Counted from the stretch's first letter, positions 39,717 to 53,712 are shown. The stretch: DNA of 64,000 nt from Proteromonas lacertae (GCA_002245135.1 NGBS01001170.1:1-64000), one strand, 5' to 3'. The notes: a model not told the origin generated them from the sequence alone. Numbers and translations: made by a program.

Positions 39717-41225
39717 TTATACTATTTCTAACCAATCACTTGCATTTATACTCTTGGTTGGCTCTTTTTTCATTTTCAACTTAATATTATCTCCTAAAAC
39801 ATAGCTTTGATTACTTTCAACATTCACACAAAATCCAAACTCACTTTAACAATATCTCCAATTCACAAGCATATCTATCACTATTTATTCCCATTATTAC
39901 TCCATTATATAATTCATTTTTATTATTCTTATATCTCCTTAACAAATCTGCATATAGCCAATTTTCACTCACTTCAAATTCTATTTCTTTTGCAACTTTA
40001 TGAATTTCATGAACAGATTGACATATTTCATTCACTTCATCTTTACTTAACAGTTTATCATCTATTTATAATATTATTATAAAATGAAATACTAAATATA
40101 TGTGATTTAATTTGTCTATGAACTAATATATCATTATATCTACGAATAGGCGAAGTTGATTGACAATAATAATCTAAACCAACTCCACTATGATAATGTG
40201 GTATAGTATCAATAAATGCTCGATTAAAATTCCTCATAGTGAAATAGGATATTAATGATTCATTCATGTTGGTATTCATTGTTTTCATTACATTATATTA
40301 AAGAAAATAAACGAAAAAAATATATAAAAAGGATATTAACTTCATATTTCATATCATCACCACTCATATTCTTATCTAATATCATTGATCTATAAGGTAA
40401 TGCTATTTTCTATATTCAATACAAAAATGACTATCATACATTTTCTATTCCATATTTTGCACTTATTTCACCACCTAATAACATCATTTCCATTACTAAA
40501 TTATAACTCTAATAATAAATATAACAATATTATCATACTTCGTTATTATTACTGTCTTTTATGTACAATATATCATTATCTAATAAACACTGTTTGTGAG
40601 AACTATCTCTAATTATTACAGATCCATTATTACTTCGATAACTATAAACATATATAATAATACAATTTAATACATTTCTCTTAATTTTGCTCTTTCTAAT
40701 AATAATTTCAATTCATTTTCATATTTTATTGATTTATTATTTGGTTTAACACTTGATTTATAAATAATTTCATTCTCTTTTGTTTTATTTATATTATCTA
40801 ATCCACAGTATATTTTTTTCTCTTTAATCAAATCAATGTTCAAATCATTCATTTTCAAATATTTTACACTTTCCTGTAAATCTTTGTAATTAAATCGAAT
40901 AACTCCACTTATTACACTTGGATATATATCATATGTTTTAATCGAACCATCACTATTCAACTCACATTCAAATGTAATAACAAAATTATCACAATCTTCT
41001 TCTAATGTTGTTTCTTTGATTATTTCATTTGGAAACATTGTATCTCTTCTATGTGGTAAATAAGAAGTAGTTCCTCTATAACGACTATAAATATCATAAT
41101 ATGAATTGGGTGGAATTATATTAGATGGATCACTAATATGAATGTATATTTTACCAGTTTTATCATCTATTCCTATACTATCATCTACTTCAAATGTCTA
41201 TATAATTATTATTAATATAAATAAA

Positions 41226-41267
<42 letters not shown>

Positions 41268-42591
41268 CACTATCAATAGCAAAACTTCTCATATTTCTCA
41301 AATCTTTATAATACTTTTTATATTTACCAATTTCAACTGGAAAAGACAATTCATTCTTTTCTTCTTTTTCATTATTATCTTTTTGTTTTTCTTCCTTTTC
41401 TTCTTTCTTTGTATGTTCTGGTATTCTTGGTGGATTTTTACTATTCAATACATTTAAATTACTGTAAAATATTGAACTAAATTCATAATCCTCATTAAAC
41501 AGTTTAATAAATTCATCTTCCATTTCATTACTAATTAACATATTTAAATTCTCTTTCACTTTTTCATCATCTGTTTCTCTCTCTATCCCTTCTTCTACTA
41601 TTTCTTCGCTTATTAGTTTAATGTTATTGTTTTTACATGACTTCAATATCTCAGGAATTAACCAACTCTTTAATAAATAATCTCCACTATTTAACGATTC
41701 TTCTTTTCTAATATTTCTTATTCGATAAACTGAATTTAATATCAATTCATCATTTAATTCATTAAACTCTTTCATGTTCTATTCAATTATAATAATCATT
41801 ATTATATATACGGATTTTACATCAGTTTGAATTATATTCTTCCATTTGATGTAAAATTTCATTATTTCTTTTTTACCAACTTTACTTCTTTCTATTTTTC
41901 TATATTTTATTAAACTTTGCCTATTCTCTTTTTCTAAAAGTAATTTCACATTTAAAGGTAAGCATTTGTATTTATATAATTTATTAAATGAATGACTGTG
42001 AGAATAATACATATTTCTACGATTGAAATACTATTCATTAAATATATATAAATATCATTATTTTTATACTAAATTATAAAAGTATTTATAACATAATTTA
42101 TCTATTTCATCATCTATTTCTGGGTTCAAATAGTCTACTGCTTCATCTAAAGTGAACTCTTCATAATTCCGTAGTGTATTGTACATATCTTTTTCTTTTT
42201 CATCTGTTAATTTACCAAAATATTTATTTGTGTTATTTTCTATTGTTCTTAATACATCCACTTTTTCTAATAACGTTCTATATTCAGTTTTTGGAGTAAT
42301 ACAGCTGTTGATACTCCTTTCACCTATCTATATATAATTATTGGATAAATAACAAATTAATACCCAAATATTAATTCCAGATGGTATTAATCCTATACAA
42401 CTTCCATGCGACTTTTCAACAATAATAAATGGCTTATTTCTGCTTGTTTCATTACAGAAACAACAAAGAGATCCAACTTCAGGTATTAAATCATTAGTTC
42501 TATCTCTGTTCAAACGAATTTCTGATATAAAACATTTTATTATTTTAATTTGATTGATATGTGTATTAATACGAGAGAAAATAGAAAACAT
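39717..42591 (-). CDS. RNase II/RNB-family exoribonuclease, probably organellar
   Basis: FAIDSDD..EVDDSI, IYIHISDP and HYHSGVGLDYYCQSTSPIRRYNDILVHRQI. Presequence-like N-terminus. One +1 frame break near 39843. Confidence 0.85.
40288..40336 (-). other. Putative U12-type intron with AT..AA termini (49 nt) in the RNB gene
   Basis: 5' ATATCCTTTT, branch-like TTTTCTTTAAT, ends ..ATGTAA. Removal gives KYEV-A/TG-KTMN in frame. Confidence 0.75.
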
Positions 42592-42698
42592 TAAAATTGT
42601 TTGGCTCGAAAAAATAATGTCATTTCATACTAAAATCATTAATTAAAATATCTCTATTTAATTATTATATACAACTTATTAATCTATATTATCAAAAT

Positions 42699-43695
42699 TT
42701 AAGGGATAAATTTTACTACAATACAAGTCGCATTATCATCTTGTGTAGGATTACTCAATAACAATCTACATATCTCCTCACAACTCTTGCCGAATAATTC
42801 ATTCTTAATATCATCTAATTTTACAGAATCCCACACTCCATCACTCCCTAAAATTATATAACACTCATTATCACACAAATAGGTATGATATATATCAGGA
42901 AGAGGTATAACACCGTATTTAACCATATATTTATGACCTAATGATCTAGTAACACCTAACTGTACAGAACTGTTTGGTTCAGTGATATATCCATCACAAG
43001 TAAATTTAGTGGTTGGATAATCTTCATGGATTCTTATTTTTTCTTCATAATTAAATCCATTGTGTTTTGAAAGAGGTATATCATATTTTACTTTATTTTC
43101 TTCTTCATTTTTGGTGAAAATTATTGCCTGGGAATCACCACAGGATGATATATACATGTTATTATTTGTATATATTAACACTAAACCTGTTGTTCCTAAA
43201 TCTGCAGTAAATGAATTCTTTTTATCACTCCAACATATAACATCATCTTTCATTACTTTTAACGAATTTTTTGGATTGTGTTTTGGTTTTATATACTATT
43301 TGAGTGATATACTAAAACTAAAATGATTATACTGTAAGTATCTGGTAATTTGTTATATATTGTTAATATTTTTTCATGAATCTTTTCAAATAGCTTTATT
43401 AATGCAGATTTTGCATTTTTCTGAAGGCTTGATTTAAAAGAATCCCATCTTTCTGTAACAAGTTCTTCTACAACTCTTACAGCAGTTTGAGACGCTGTTT
43501 CTCCACAAAAACTATCTGATGCAAATATAATACTAAAAATATATACGACCATCAAAAATTGCAAAAACAAAACTACTTTCATCAATTCTATAAGAGTAAT
43601 ACGAATCCTAAAATGTGATAACAGAACTATTATACTTGATTTAATCCTCCATACCTCGTCCCTGGCGTTGTATCTGAAGAAAACTGAAGTGACAT
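42699..43695 (-). CDS. PP2C/PPM protein phosphatase
   Basis: NQD, FAIFDGH, GTT, CGDSQA, LGVTRSLG, GSDGVWD and DDNAT motifs. One frame break near 43250. Confidence 0.9.
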
Positions 43696-43709
43696 TTTTT
43701 GAGCAGATC

Positions 43710-44579
43710 ATGGAATTATTTGATTCTCACTGTCACATTCATATTAAAGGCTTGTTATCATTCCTAAATGTTGTGGAACAAAACAATGAAAAGGCTAATG
43801 TGAAGAAAATAATGTGTAATGCAACTAGAATAGAGGATTTTGAAGTTTTAAAAACACTTTATTCAGATTCTGTTTATATATCATTAGGAATACATCCTTA
43901 TTTTGTTGAAGATGGTAAACTTGAAGAAAATATAAATATTCTTAAATCATATTTAATTGAAAATCCAAAATACTGTGTTGGTGAAATAGGTTTAGATAAA
44001 TTAAAAAAAGACATACCAATGTTTCTACAAACACAATATTTCGAATCTCAGCTGTTATTAGCAAAAGAATTAAATCGTCCAATATCTATACATTGTGTTC
44101 AGAGTTATGGAACATTAATAGATATAATAAAGTTACATTTACCATACAATAAAGGAATATTATTACATTCCTTTAATGGAAGTATGGATGTTGCTAAAAG
44201 GTTTATTAATGAATTGAATAACAAAGGAAATTCAATATATTTCTCATTTTCATCAATGAAAATATCTAATAAAAAGTATGCTATAATTATATATGTAAAT
44301 AGAAAAGAAATGATGAAAGAAATAATCAAAACAATCCCATTGAATAGATTATTAATAGAAACTGATTCACCAGATGGTTTATTTGATGATATGTTTTATT
44401 CTAATATTGTTATAGATGGTAAAATTATGAATCAACCATCTAATATTATCACTGTATATACATTTATTAGTTTATTACAATAATAGATATGTAATGAAAT
44501 AGGGAATATATTAAATAAAACACCAATAGAAATATCACAAATAACATACAAAAATGCATTAGATTTATTCACAATTTAA
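43710..44579 (+). CDS. TatD-family nuclease
   Basis: FDSHCH, GIHP, VGEIGLD, SIHCV, LHSF and LIETDSP motifs. Confidence 0.95.
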
Positions 44580-44593
44580 TATTTATTCTGTTG

Positions 44594-45173
44594 TTATAGA
44601 TTTAAGTTTTCTAGTTTAGACACTAAGTCAGTTACTTCTGATTTAGATTCAAGTTTCTTCTTTTGTTGTGGATTTAGATATTTTCCTTCTTTTTGTTTTT
44701 CTTCTAATTCTTCAATTTTCTTCAATTCTGTTTTAGCTTCTTCCAGTTGTTTTGATGTTGTTGTGTCTTTATTTTCAACAGGTTTTGGCATTGTTATTGA
44801 TTCTGTGGTAGTTGTTTTTGATACTATTCATGATAAGAATAATAAATTCATTAATTTAATACTTTCAATCCCTTTTTCTGTTTTTACTATTGGTTTACAT
44901 TTTTCTGTATTTTTCATTACTTCTAAAGCTTGTTTTTCTTCTTCAGACAGATTCTCATAACCTCCTTTTCGAGATATATATTTTTCAACATATTCTTTTC
45001 TATTACTGGTTATTTTACCTCCTGAATGTGCTACTCTACAATTTATTTATTAATTTATACTTTGGTCCAGTAGATACATTTGCGTATTTAGCAGGTTTTG
45101 AAAATCTTTCTTCTCTAGCTTTTCTCCTCGCTAGTTCAGCTTCATCAACAGATGGCGCTTTCAGTCCTTTCAT
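44594..45173 (-). CDS. Small basic coiled-coil protein with a PYM/eIF2A-like C-terminal motif
   Basis: ELKKIEELEEKQKEGKYLNPQQKKKL; two short introns. Confidence 0.55.
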
Positions 45174-45310
45174 TTTATAATTATATATATCGTAGAAGTG
45201 AAGAAATATTCAAATATTCAAATTAGCTTGATTCCTAACTTGTCATTTTTGCAGTTAACTTTTGAATTTTTGACTTTTTTGTTTTATATAGACATTATTA
45301 AAAAATAAAA

Positions 45311-45869
45311 ATGAGTTTACAAAGTACACAAAGATCAACTACAAAATATAAAGCAAATACTCCAAGAATGGACTCTTCTGTCAGATCAAGTTCCAGAAAT
45401 ACAAGGTATAAAACAAAAATAATGTTAACTGGAATATAGTGATCAATCATCAATGGCAATGAGTGCTTCACAAATGATGAATACACAATATGAAGAAATA
45501 ATTGCACAGCAGAAAGATGAAATTAATAAATTGACAGGTGAAGTGATAGTATATATTTTTAGAAAGTAATTGTGAATAGGATTTAAAAAATGAACTACAA
45601 AATCAAGGAGAACAAGCCCAAGAAGAAATATCAGAATTAAGAGATATTCTAAGAAGACTAGAAATGGAAAACAGAGATATGAAGATGTTAATAGGAAAAC
45701 AATACGGATTACATCACCCTACAACAGAACCTGTATTATATATTTAGTCTAATTCATCTATACAGAATACTACTCGTCAAGCAAAAGTTGTCAATGGATT
45801 TAGAAAGCCTTGTATAATAGATTTTTATTATTTATTTCATTAGATATTTCAGAAGCTCCTGTTGAATAG
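45311..45869 (+). CDS. Small coiled-coil protein, unknown
   Basis: Short exons separated by ~30-nt GT-AG introns, with a heptad segment EEISELRDILRRLEMEN. Confidence 0.55.
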
Positions 45870-45981
45870 AATAAATGTTACTGTATATTTTTTAATAATT
45901 TATAGTCTTTTGATTGTTATTATTTTCATTTTTCACTGATTTATTTCCTTTATCTGTCTCAAAACACAAAAAAGTAGTGTC

Positions 45982-46054
45982 GCTCTTCTGGCCTAATGGA
46001 TAAGGCGTCTGCCTCCTAAGCAGGAGATTCTGGGTTCGAATCCCAGGTTGGGCG
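45982..46054 (+). tRNA. tRNA-Arg, anticodon CCT
   Basis: Cloverleaf with D arm TGGCCTAATGGATAAGGC, anticodon loop CTCCTAA, T arm CTGGGTTCGAATCCCAG and a downstream T-run terminator. Confidence 0.92.
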
Positions 46055-46465
46055 TTTTCTTTTTTTCTATTTTATTTCATTTATCTTTACTTCAAATTGT
46101 ATTATTTCTCTTCATTTTTCATTATACATAATGATGCACACTATAGTCACGTTTTAGTGAAATTTGGAGTTATTTTTGGATTTAATTATATAATTACTTA
46201 TATTTCATTGTATTCTTGGTTATATTCATAAACATTACAACAAAATAATTCTTTTATAATAATTTTGTAAATATATAAGTTGATATGAATGAGAAATAAC
46301 GAATTTAAAAATACTTGTATTTTTGGTGTTTGGAAATTTTCATTACAATTCTATATTGAATAAAGTTGATTATCTCTCTTATGCTTTTATATAAACCACA
46401 ATATTTAGTATAGAAGTAAATAATATAGAACAAATAAAATATTACAATTTAGAGTTATCACTATT

Positions 46466-48103
46466 TTAAGGTGGGTCGATTGGAGGTGCAAATTTCCCTT
46501 TGGAACTTAATTGTTCTTCAATTGTATTTCCTTTAATTTGCGCTTGTAATTTTTTATCTTGCCATTGTTTATAATAATCCTCAACAGTTGGTGTTTCTAA
46601 AACAAATCCTTCAATTAGTTTTGTACAACAAATCTGTGCATCAGAATGCCAACTGTCTATTTAAAACAATAAAACAACAATATATATATACTTAATGCAA
46701 TATTCTTCAATGGTCCATATAAATAAGGAAAGAATATTTTACCACATTTTTTACTATTTAATATACCATCTGTTCCAATTAAAGAATCGTTATAAAATAA
46801 GGTAATTACTCTTTCAATCACTTGAAAATGAGGACTTTCTAATCCTTTGGCTAATATTGTGAAACATAAATCCAAAACTTTGTCTCTATTGTCAAAAGAT
46901 AATTTTTGAATTATCACTAAGATATCTTCAACTTCAGAGATGAATTGAATTGCTTTTTGTGAAGAAGATATTGGCCAATACTTCAATAATCCTTTTACTA
47001 TACATTCACCGGTGGTTGGATCTTTTTCAACAAACTATTTAAATTGAATTATAAAAACTATATATTATACTTGGTAAAAACAGTATTGTAATTGCTTACA
47101 ATATTGTATGAAAGAAGGAGGTTTGTGTAATGGAACCAAAGAATATCTTAGAAAATTTAAATGTTCTTTTCTGATTGGCACTGCAAATCCGTTAATAATA
47201 CTTCCCAATATTTCTAATAATTCGCCCATTCCCCAATGCATTTCAGTTTCATACACAAATTGGTAAATTGAGTATCTAATATAAGTTCTAATATGACGTC
47301 TGTGAGCTACAATTTTGGCATATATTCTGTGTAATATTGCTTTTAAATAATCTCTTTCTCTTGGATCCATACAATTAAACTGATTAACTAATCTTTGACA
47401 AAATACTTGTGAAATATATTTTTCTAATACTAAACCTGTTACTTCTGATTTTAAGACAAATCTTAAGAACATATCATATCTATAATAATAATAATAATAA
47501 TAAACAAAAATGAAAAAATACATTAATTGTAAATGCATCCAAGCTGGGTCAAGTATTGGATCATCCTCTTCTGGATCAAAATCTGGCACTGGCTCTGGTA
47601 ATGGTCTGAATATATTCCTCTCAACCATTGCTACTAATTCCTGTAATGTTGATTCTTGAAAAGGATTTAACTACATTCACTGTGCCTATACATTCATGAA
47701 GTTCTAATAGAATATCTTTCTTTATTTGTATATTTTTATTTCTATTATACGATTAATAATGATGTTAATACGCTATATTATCTTCTTCATTCTGTGAAAA
47801 TATAAACACATTATTACACATTTGCACTTTTTTAATGAATACTTCGTCTCGAGTATCTTTATCAGTTATAGTACGTAAAGGAGGAAGATTATTGCTTAAA
47901 TTGATAGGAGTTGGATCTGCAGTTACTTTTTTAAGAACTGGTGGACCTACAAAAATTACTAATTGCATTATACCTCTTATTCCTGGTGTATTCTCTAAAG
48001 CCGAGAAATCATGCGCTCCACTGGTTGATGTTTGAAATTGTTGCAACTGATTGATTAATGTTGCTGGTGGTGGTGTTGCTTTTGTTTTTCTTAATCGAAA
48101 CAT
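46466..48103 (-). CDS. PP2A regulatory subunit B' (B56)
   Basis: NIFRPLP..DPEEDDP..WMHLQL, DPRERDYLK, ELLEILGSIINGFA and HFQVIER. Confidence 0.95.
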
Positions 48104-48450
48104 GTTTTTGAACAAGATAATTATTATTTCAATAAATGTAGTATTTACTAATATAATGTGTATGACTTATTAGTATAATTTTAAATATATTCTTATTACC
48201 CTTATAACCTTGATCCTACTGCTTATAATTAATAATTCGTTACTTTCTAATAAATGGAAACGGCTATATCGTTATACTTTTTAAAGTCTTTTTTGCAATA
48301 TTTAGGAATTTATACCCTTTAAATAATTGTAAAAATAACTAAAATAATTAATTAACATTATTGCTTAAGGGAAAAATGATTATTTGTAAAATTTTATAAA
48401 ATTTAATTGATTTTATATTCAGTTATTGTCATATTCAAAATTCTCATTGA

Positions 48451-49975
48451 TCATTCATAATCTAGCAATTCCATTTCATGTTTATTTTGTAAATCGCTTA
48501 TTTCTCTCTGAATTCTGTTTTGTTTATAATCATATATCTGATTGCATCTTCTTTGCTCATTCAAATCATCTAATCCTTGAATTATATTTTCTCTCTCAAT
48601 CTCCAACCTTCTAGCACTATCTATTAATGTTTTCAATTTTTCATTCTCATCTATCTTTTCTTCAGATATATATGGATAATCATCGTCATATTTACTCTCA
48701 CCTCTTGCACTAACCACTTCATACGGTTCATGTGTTGGAAATAAGTGATGATCAGAAGTAATTGGAATTTCATAACAATTCACATGTCTTGACTTATTAA
48801 TATATTCTTTAATTTTACTTTGTAACGGTAGCTTATGCAATTCATCATATATGATATCTCTTTCATAATTCACTCTTTTTTGTATATTCATTCTTTCATT
48901 TTGTTTTTTTCGTTTCATTAACTCTAATTCTTCTACTCTTTTTGCTTTTAATTGTAATTTATTTTCTAACTCAATCCTTTTCATTTCTGCTTGACATCTT
49001 ATATATTCTAATCTTGTTTTATGATCGAGTTCATTTCTTTTCATTTGTCTGATTTTATTTTGGATTTGCTTTTTGTTTGAGATATTGTTGTCTTTTTAGA
49101 TTATTATCTCCTCTTTCGATTATATGTTCAGCATCCTAATTAATAATAATATATAAAATAATAATATATAAAATAATAATATATAAAATAATAATATATA
49201 AAATAATAATATATAAAACATACTTCTTTTCTTCTTTCTAAAAATTTCTCTTTCATATTATTATATTGATATTTCTTTTGTTGTTTTTCATATTTCATTT
49301 TCTCTAATTCTTTCTGTTTTCTTATTCGATTTCTTTCTTCTCTTTCTTTTAACATTCTTTGTTTATATTCAAACTCAGTTTCTTTACTGTTCTTTTCTAT
49401 TTGGTTTAATAATTTTACTCTTTCTAATGTATATAAGTATTGATTGAATTTTTCATTAGCTCTTTGTTCATTGTTATATTTCTCTATTTCTTTTTCTCTT
49501 TTTATTCTATTTTCTATTATTTTCTGATTTTCTAATAAATTGGCTCTTTTTTCTTCTATTTCGTTGTATTTGTCATCTAAATGCTGTTGAACTCTCTCTT
49601 CAAAATACTCTCTTAATTTCTTCTTTTGTTTCTTCTGTTTCTCTTGCTGATGTTTGTATAATCGGACAGCTCTTTCATGTTCTGTCTCTTTTTCATCTCT
49701 TCTTATATAATTCTCATACATCTCATATTCTGCTCTTTTTAATAATTCTTTTCTTCTTTCTTCAAACATTTTCTGTTTTAATTCTGACTACATCAAAAAT
49801 CAATACAATTACAATGAATATACAGTAATTCTAGGTGCACTGGCTGAACGCTTCAGATTATTCTTCAATTCTCTGCAGTTTGACTTTCTTAATGAATTTT
49901 CTATTTTAAAATAGATTATAAAAACGAATGAATACCATAATCATACAAAAATTTACGAATCTGTTGATCAGACAT
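48451..49975 (-). CDS. Charged coiled-coil (E/K/R-rich) protein
   Basis: ORFs 49140-49769 and 48451-49044 plus short 5' exons; frame breaks near 49060-49110. Confidence 0.55.
49143..49217. repeat. 15-bp minisatellite (ATAATAATATATAAA)x5 inside intron 49136-49223
   Basis: Directly visible tandem unit. Confidence 0.85.
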
Positions 49976-50052
49976 TTCAAATTCAAAATATTCAAAAAAT
50001 ATACGTTTCAAATTATCGAGTCAAGTTTTATTTTTTATTACGTTGGTCATAA

Positions 50053-51232
50053 ATGAATAAATTAGCTTATCTAGCCTTATATTTTGCTGTAGCATTAGCT
50101 TGTGAGAAGTACTGTAACGGACATGGTACCTGTGGAGCAAAAGATAAGTGTGAATGTTACATGGGCTGGGGTGGCTCAGATTGTTCACTAAGTATAGATT
50201 AAAACTGTTTATTAATTTTTATAGGAGCGTGTCCCATCAGGTGAAGCCTTTGCTGATACAAGTTTGGGTGATTTAAACCACGATGGTAAAGTGGATGGTA
50301 GTGAAGTGAAAACAGAATGGAAACCAGTATATGGACCACCAGAAAATTTAAAAGGATTTGTTACAGCATCCCGTGCACATCGTTATGTAGAATGTTCAAA
50401 TGCAGGCATTTGTGACCACAAAATAGGTGAATGTACATGTTTCGATGGATATGAAGGATCAGCTTGTCAAAGAAGATCTTGTCCAACTGCCAATGAGAAT
50501 GTTTGTAGTGGACATGGTTATTGTTTGTCTAATTTACTCGCATTACAATCAATGACTGAATCTACTTATTATGGATGGGAAACTGAGAAGTTCTATACAT
50601 GTAAATGTGATAAAGGATGGGAAGGTATTGACTGTAATTCAAGAACATGTCCATTAGGATTAGATCCAGTCACATTAGGAGGATATACATATGGATATGA
50701 ATATACAGTAGATATTAGATAGTAAGTGATAATGCTAATAAGGAAAAACACCATCTTATTATTTATATTTTGAATATGATGGAATTGCAATACAGAACAC
50801 CAGAAATATCAGAAAGAACTCCGAAAACATGTACAGGAACTTCTACTCACCACCAATTGATACTACCTTTAGTTCATCATATGGTGAAGAAATCAGAAGA
50901 GCAATACAAACTATTCCTACCATTATCACAATCTACAGTTGAAGTTACATGTGAACTGCAAAAGTAAATTGAATGTAAAAATCAATGTTGAATATGCTGA
51001 TGTTGCTAAGGTAGAAAGACTCTACATTTAATGTAATAAAAATAACATCTAATTCAGAAACTGAAATTCAAGGAAGTCATTTTGTAAATAAAGATGGAGA
51101 AATAGAATCTGTTACCTCCAACAAACAATATGTAGTAACCGTGGATTATGTGATTACAATACAGGTTTATGTAGTTGTTTCACTGGTTATTTAGGTGCTT
51201 CATGTGAAAGACAACAATCAATTGCTTTGTAA
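50053..51232 (+). pseudogene. EGF-repeat protein copy 3 with several frameshifts (pseudogene or uncorrected assembly errors)
   Basis: Paralog of copies 1 and 2. Intron 50192-50224 is at the same site as in copy 1. Frame breaks near 50233 and 50720-51130. Confidence 0.6.
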
Positions 51233-51377
51233 GTTCATTATACTATTTTATTATATATATTATAATTATTATGTTTGTGTGTATTTGAAAATCATATTTA
51301 ATCATATTCTATATCCATGATATGAATAGAAATAAAGAATTGAAACATCAAGCCTGTTTGACAGTTAAAAATGAAAA

Positions 51378-53596
51378 ATGAATGAATACTCGAATTGTAT
51401 TAGGTTTATCATGATATAAATAGGTTCAAACAGTTACAAAAATGCATATTCTCAGCCAGATTCACCAGAGTCTGATGAAATCAACAAATTCGTCGAATGA
51501 GTATGTCTGAATATGAGAAACAACATCCAGAATATTAAGAATGCTCAATATTCGGTAAATGAAATTCAAAATAATGTATAATTGATACTATAAACGTATT
51601 TTAGTTACACGGCCATTTTGACATATCATCAACACCAACAAGTAGTGTCTGTGAGACTGTATGATGTATTTAATTATTTATTTAGGCTTTTGATACTCTA
51701 GTTCAAGAAACTCAAGATTTGCAGGTATTTATACATTTTTATTCTTTATAGAGTAAAAGAAAGAATATATTAGACCAATTATCAAACAAATTATCCAATG
51801 AAAATGAGAATAAACAAGTATTACACAAATTAAAGACAATTGAATCATTACTATCAAAGCAACAAGAAAAACAAAATCAGAATAATATCATCAGATAATG
51901 TACAGAATAATAATGATGATCAATCTCGGAATGAACAGCAATATTACATACCAAAGCAAACAATTCCTTCAATTTACCCGCCAATACCAGCAACATCCTC
52001 ATCTACACTACCACCTCAACAGCAACAACAGTATTATCCATATATATCACACTATTCAACTGATTTCACTGAATTATTAAAATGCAACACTCCAATGAAA
52101 GTATATAATAATTCCCAACCATTACACTCACCTTGGACCAATCAAATGATAGTATCATTAATAGAGAAATATCAACAATGTTTAGAAAAAATAGAAAAAT
52201 TAACGAAAATAATGAATGAAAGAAAGTCAAATATCAATGAATTGAAGAATGAGAATAACAATAAACAACAAGATATATTGAAATTAACTCAATTATATCA
52301 ACAAGTAATGAATGAAAATATGAGTTTACAACACGATCTGAGTCAATCGCAAGATATTAATAAAGATATAAGTAATGAATGTGTGAATAAAGATAATGAA
52401 ATAAACAGACTGAAAGAAGTGCTAGAAAATGTAACAAATCAATATTCATATAAAATGGGAGAGAATGAGAAATTGAATGAAATAATAAAGCAGAAGGATA
52501 ATGAAGATAATATCAAGCAGAAAGAATATGAAAGAATGAAAGAAATAGTATATAATATAAATATATAATTTCATGTATTTTATTATATCAATAGTATGAA
52601 AAGTTAATAAATGATACTCAACTAAGGCAAAGACAATATGAGGAATTACAAAATGCAAATAATGAAATATTAAATGAAAATGCGCATTTAAAGACAGTAA
52701 TATCCAAATTATCAACGAAGAATCAAAAAGTAGAGAATAAGGTAAAAGAATTGAATGATTGCATTCAACAATTACATGAGAAAATAGAGTTAAAAGAACA
52801 AGAAATGAAATCACAAAGTAAAATGTATAATAACAAAATAGAAGATATAAAAAAAGATTTAAAACTATCAATCAAAGAGTATAATAGTTACAAAGAATTA
52901 AATGATTCATTAAAAGAACAGAATAATATGTTAAAAAGAAATAATAATATAGAAATCCAACAGTATAAACACATTATTGAAGATTTAAAGAATCAGTTAA
53001 AGGATATGGTAAATTCATTAACATCACATAAGAATCAATGTCCGATATTGTCTGATGAAGCGAAACAAGGATATGATTATAAACTGAAGAGTGAATTTCA
53101 GAAAGAATTTGATGAGAAATATTTGAAAATGGGAAATGAATTGACTGATTTACAAAAAGCTGTATATATATATATGATCATTAATGTTATTTATTTATTA
53201 TAGACATCTGTATTGAAAGCAAGAATAGTTGATTTAGAAGCGTATATACAAAAAGTAAAACTGCAAAAGAGAGATTTGAAAGAAAAGATTGTTGTTTATG
53301 AAAATCAGATTCAACAGTTATTACAACTTCGATCAGATGATTTGAATAAATTGAAAGTGTGGGAAGAGAAGATTAATATATTAAACAGACAATTGAATAT
53401 AAAAAACAATCCACCTCCTCCTTTACAACAACAACAACAACAACAACAACAACCTCAAATAAGAAGACAATGTTCAGATGGAGGAATAGATCCAAATAAT
53501 ATAAATATTCTAATCAGTGATAGAATAACAAAGACAATGGATGAAAAAACTAAACAGATGATGAATGAATTTGAAGATTTAATAAACTCATATTAG
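51378..53596 (+). CDS. Long coiled-coil protein with poly-Q tracts
   Basis: Heptad-rich ORFs 51840-52568, 52751-53203 and 53213-53596 with short introns and some frame breaks. Confidence 0.55.
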
Positions 53597-53712
53597 ATTT
53601 TATTTATTTTTGTTATAAATGATTTGTTTATAATGATTTTTTTATTCTTTCAACAAAAATAAAAATAAAAAGTAAGTTATACAACTAAAGGAAAAATGAT
53701 AATTGTTACTTC

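Noticed and set aside
47671..47680. 10-nt GT..AG micro-intron that would restore the B56 frame
   Set aside because: Far below the local intron size range; a single extra base explains the frame equally well.
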